Shown in pieces: positions 63,999-64,000 of a DNA stretch of 64,000 nt (position 1 is its first letter; each line of letters begins with the position of its first letter). The translations under genes and the position numbers were made by a program. Under the pieces are notes generated by a model that did not search any database, was not told the origin of the DNA, and saw only the letters and a list, made by a program, of their open reading frames with translations. Source of the stretch: a virus (Duplodnaviria; Caudoviricetes). Location: positions 128,001 through 192,000 of the IMG/VR virus record IMGVR_UViG_3300001487_000119; one strand, given 5' to 3'.

Positions 63999-64000
63999 TA

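Overview
Very AT-rich segment of a large T4-like myophage genome, most consistent with a Lak-type megaphage of Prevotella/Bacteroidota (an inference from genetic code, promoters and gene content; no search was run). TAG is read as Gln (code 15) in late/structural genes, so many ORF-track fragments join into long genes; coordinates below are for the read-through genes. A CUA-anticodon suppressor tRNA lies at 39827-39902. The window holds baseplate/tail genes (gp6-, gp25-, gp26-like, tail fibres), gp2- and gp4-like head genes, two large proteins with N-terminal M15 peptidase domains, and replication/nucleotide genes (NAD ligase, two topo II subunits, ThyX, RNase H/FEN, RNA ligase, aGPT-Pplase1, DNA methylase). 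It also has an early nucleotide-signalling/NAD cluster (HD hydrolase, Tad2-like, cyclic-phosphate receiver, NadE). Three promoter classes can be read from the sequence: a 40-bp early repeat with the Bacteroidota -7 box, AAACT-N17-TA(T/A)AAT before replication genes and the tRNA, and ATAAATA before late genes. The strongest candidate for an undescribed system is a conserved N-terminal helical leader fused to about 12 late proteins with unrelated C-terminal cargo domains, possibly a virion-loading tag. A candidate +1 frameshift links the gp26-like gene to the next ORF.
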